In this document: piece by piece, positions 61,769 through 64,000 of the stretch
How positions within the stretch are numbered: the stretch's first letter is position 1
Layout of the letters: every line of letters begins with the position of its first letter
Source of the DNA: Antedon mediterranea
Lineage: Eukaryota; Animalia; Echinodermata
Length of the DNA: 64,000 bases
Assembly (NCBI RefSeq): GCF_964355755.1
Contig: NC_092677.1
Span: forward strand, 19,366,101 to 19,430,100
Direction of reading: 5' to 3'
Position numbers and translations under genes: made by a program
Notes under the pieces: model-generated
The model's input: the letters and a program-made list of their open reading frames with translations, nothing else
Told to the model about the DNA's origin: nothing
Databases searched by the model: none

Positions 61769-62710
61769 TACCGATAAGTGGATCGCCAAAACGATTCATA
61801 AAACGTTTGTATAATGCAACAAGTTACTGATTTAATTTTTTTTGCAAGATTATTTTTAAATTACGACATTTGCTAAATTAATGATAGCATAGTCTATGTA
61901 TTTTTGATGAGATTTGTTTAGTAATGATGTGATTTCAGTTAAAAGAGAATTAAAATTGACTAAGTATTGATTTTGTAACGAGTTTTTTGATAAAGATTAA
62001 TTTTGAATTTTGATGATCGATATATTGAGATATTGAAAAGACCGACAATCATTTTGTAACAAATATTTTGTTTAACCTTTGAGTCGTTAATCTCAAGCAT
62101 TAATTAATTGATATACAATAACAGGAGATTTCTTAGTACTTTTAATTGTAATTTTTTTTGACATTGAGTACAAAAGTCGAATTTGTCGACCGATTGAAAT
62201 CGTAATTACCTGTAAATATAAATGCTTAAATCGATAAAGTTGTGACGATAACGATATATTGTGGATAAGTTTGTGTCAACGGGACACACACATTTGTTTC
62301 TTTTAAAGTTTTAAGTGATTAAGTTTGATATTTTGATTTTAGGCTAATCAGCCACAGTTTCTTGAGTTTTATGTTTTGATTTGATGATTTATGTTTGAAG
62401 ACCATTAGAACGCGATGAGTTGTCACACGATTTGATGTATGTTCAATGTAACATACTATTTTTAAGTTTTGTAATTTTATTTTTAACTGATTTATGTTTG
62501 ATAAACGCGAATTTTTATACCAAATTCATTTTTAATTTTAATTTTTTTTAAGAGAGAGAAGAGAGAGAGTGAAAGTGATAAGGTTACACTTCAGAGTCAA
62601 TGGTTTTGGCTAACTCAATTTTGCATATATGTATAATAATGTTTTTTTCTTTTATATAACTTTACTTTTGCATGCCACTATTATAACCATTTATATATTT
62701 TAAATAGATT

Positions 62711-62739
62711 AGAAGAAAAAAAAAAGGTAAACAGAGGGA
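62711..62739 (+). promoter_or_regulatory. Polypurine tract
   Basis: agaagaaaaaaaaaaggtaaacagaggga immediately before the 3' LTR. Confidence 0.8.
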
Positions 62740-63324
62740 TGTAAAATAACGATATACTTTTATATTTAAGAAATTGACCTTTGTATCAGAATTTAAATAG
62801 GTTCACAAACTTGACCCAGAAAGTCCAGAGGAGAGTTTGTCCAGATGTTTTAATGACCATTTAGTTTATAATAGAATCCCTAAAGAAAACACTTAGCTTA
62901 ACTTTGCAACCGTTCCCATCGTAAAACAATTAGATATTGACAGTTTTAAGCAGAGATTCGACAGGGCCAATTCATCATTGTAACCTCCCCAGATAAGATC
63001 AATCATTCCCACTTAAACACCCCTGGACCAACTTAGGACCAATCAGTAACCTCTAAGATTACGTAGTGACATATGCAAATGAACCGAGGGCCAATATACT
63101 CCCAAGTTTCAGAAGGGCCCAGACACACCTCACAGCCACTTCTTCAGAAGCAGACCTACACACTTCACACCTCACCGACAGCATCATTGATCCTCCGTTC
63201 CTTATCTATACTTATAGTTGTATATTGTACTGAAGTATTATACTGAATAAACAATATATGTGTTACGACAGTCAAGCGAGTAAGAGTCTTCATTAGTACC
63301 TCAACAACGCAACACTATATTACA
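62740..63324 (+). repeat. 3' LTR
   Basis: tgtaaaataacg...ctatattaca; ~7 substitutions and 1 indel versus the 5' LTR by eye. Confidence 0.97.
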
Positions 63325-63328
63325 CTAG

Positions 63329-64000
63329 ATTGAGATCAGCTTTCTCTGTAGAAATTCGGCTAGCCCTAACATTGTACCGCTTATCAACTGGGGTTTCTTT
63401 TCGGTGCGTTTCCAATCAGTTTGGTGTCGCGAGGTCCACTTCGTGTGAGATTTTTCATGAAGTATGTCGGCAAATTGAAAGGGTGTTGATGCCAAAGTTT
63501 GTACGTGTTCCGGAAGGACAAGAGTTACTGGTAAGTATATAAAATAATTGGTGATGTTACAATTTTGGTTTATACAGTATAAAATAAATTAATTATGTTT
63601 TATTACAGGACATGGTTGAAAAATTCAGGATGAAGCAAGGATTCCCACAGGTCGCTGGGGCTATTGATGGCACACACATCAAAATAACTGCACCAACTGA
63701 AAATGCCCAAGACTACTTTAATCATAAATGGTCATATTCAGTGCTGCTACAAGGGCTAGTGGATGCAGATGGCAAATTTATGAACACTTTTTTTGGCTTG
63801 CCAGGAAGCGTACACGATGCTCGTATGTTCAACCTTTCCACATTAAGCAATAAGTTAGCGGACAACACACTTTTCAACCCAAATCCATCTTTAAATATTG
63901 AGGGAACTGCTGTGCCACTGTTAATAATCGGAGACCCTGCATACCCATTATTACCAAATTTAATTCGCCCTTTTATTGGTAGGGGTAATCTAAATAGAGA
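63329..64000 (+). pseudogene. PIF/Harbinger (HARBI1-like) DDE transposase, exons 63329-63530 and 63609-end
   Basis: RLALTLYRLSTG...FGVARST...ELL|GT intron AG|DMVEKF...FPQVAGAIDGTHI...DYFNHK...LQGLVD...PGSVHDARMF...IGDPAYPL; open to the window end. Confidence 0.93.

Larger units (their letters stand above)
54536..61830 (+). pseudogene. pol: Gypsy pol (PR-RT-RNase H-IN) with frameshifts, premature stops and two MITE insertions
   Basis: PR LFDSGS; RT YTSPVLLVSKK...DFRYLN, DLKSAFH, QGLNVSP, HHDD; RH YSDTS...YSVTELEL...FVDHSA...ADFLSR; IN H..H..C..C and LSLDF/ISDAA/QVER; frameshift ~55735, TGA 56767, C-terminus ends PISGSPKRFIKRLYNATSY*. Confidence 0.95.
42862..63324 (+). mobile_element. Ty3/Gypsy LTR retrotransposon, full length but heavily nested and inactivated
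   Basis: TG...CA LTRs, 4-bp TSD CTAG (42858-42861, 63325-63328), PBS, PPT, gag and PR-RT-RH-IN domain order. Confidence 0.97.

Noticed and set aside
59577-62739. env-like third ORF in the Gypsy element
   Set aside because: Downstream ORFs are the frameshifted Pol tail; 3' UTR is T-rich with no signal peptide or TM-bearing ORF

Overview
AT-rich eukaryotic (animal, probably marine invertebrate) repeat-dense region with spliceosomal introns and no intact host gene; almost everything is nested transposable elements. Main components: (1) a Ty3/Gypsy LTR retrotransposon (42862-63324; ~585-bp LTRs that differ by only ~8 changes; CTAG TSD) swollen from ~7.9 kb to 20.5 kb by nested DNA transposons and itself inserted into a PIF/Harbinger transposase exon; (2) a decayed, intron-containing tandem-PC4 + ALKBH2-like cassette (6399-7854, minus) that looks like a former fusion gene, the most unusual item here; (3) an orphan, frameshifted HEATR3 first exon; (4) a Harbinger Myb/SANT gene remnant fused by deletion to an Academ-type XPG/Cys8 remnant that is interrupted by a tRNA-derived CORE-SINE; (5) many non-autonomous DNA elements whose TIRs/TSDs can be read directly (10-bp TSD MULE-like, 5-bp and 7-bp TSD hAT-like, 5-bp TSD Ginger-like, ATAT Sola-like, TA pogo-like, TAA/TTA Harbinger MITEs, a Helentron/HINE-like element) and several 5'-truncated LINE fragments. 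Family assignments rest on motif and terminus recognition by eye; no database searches were run.
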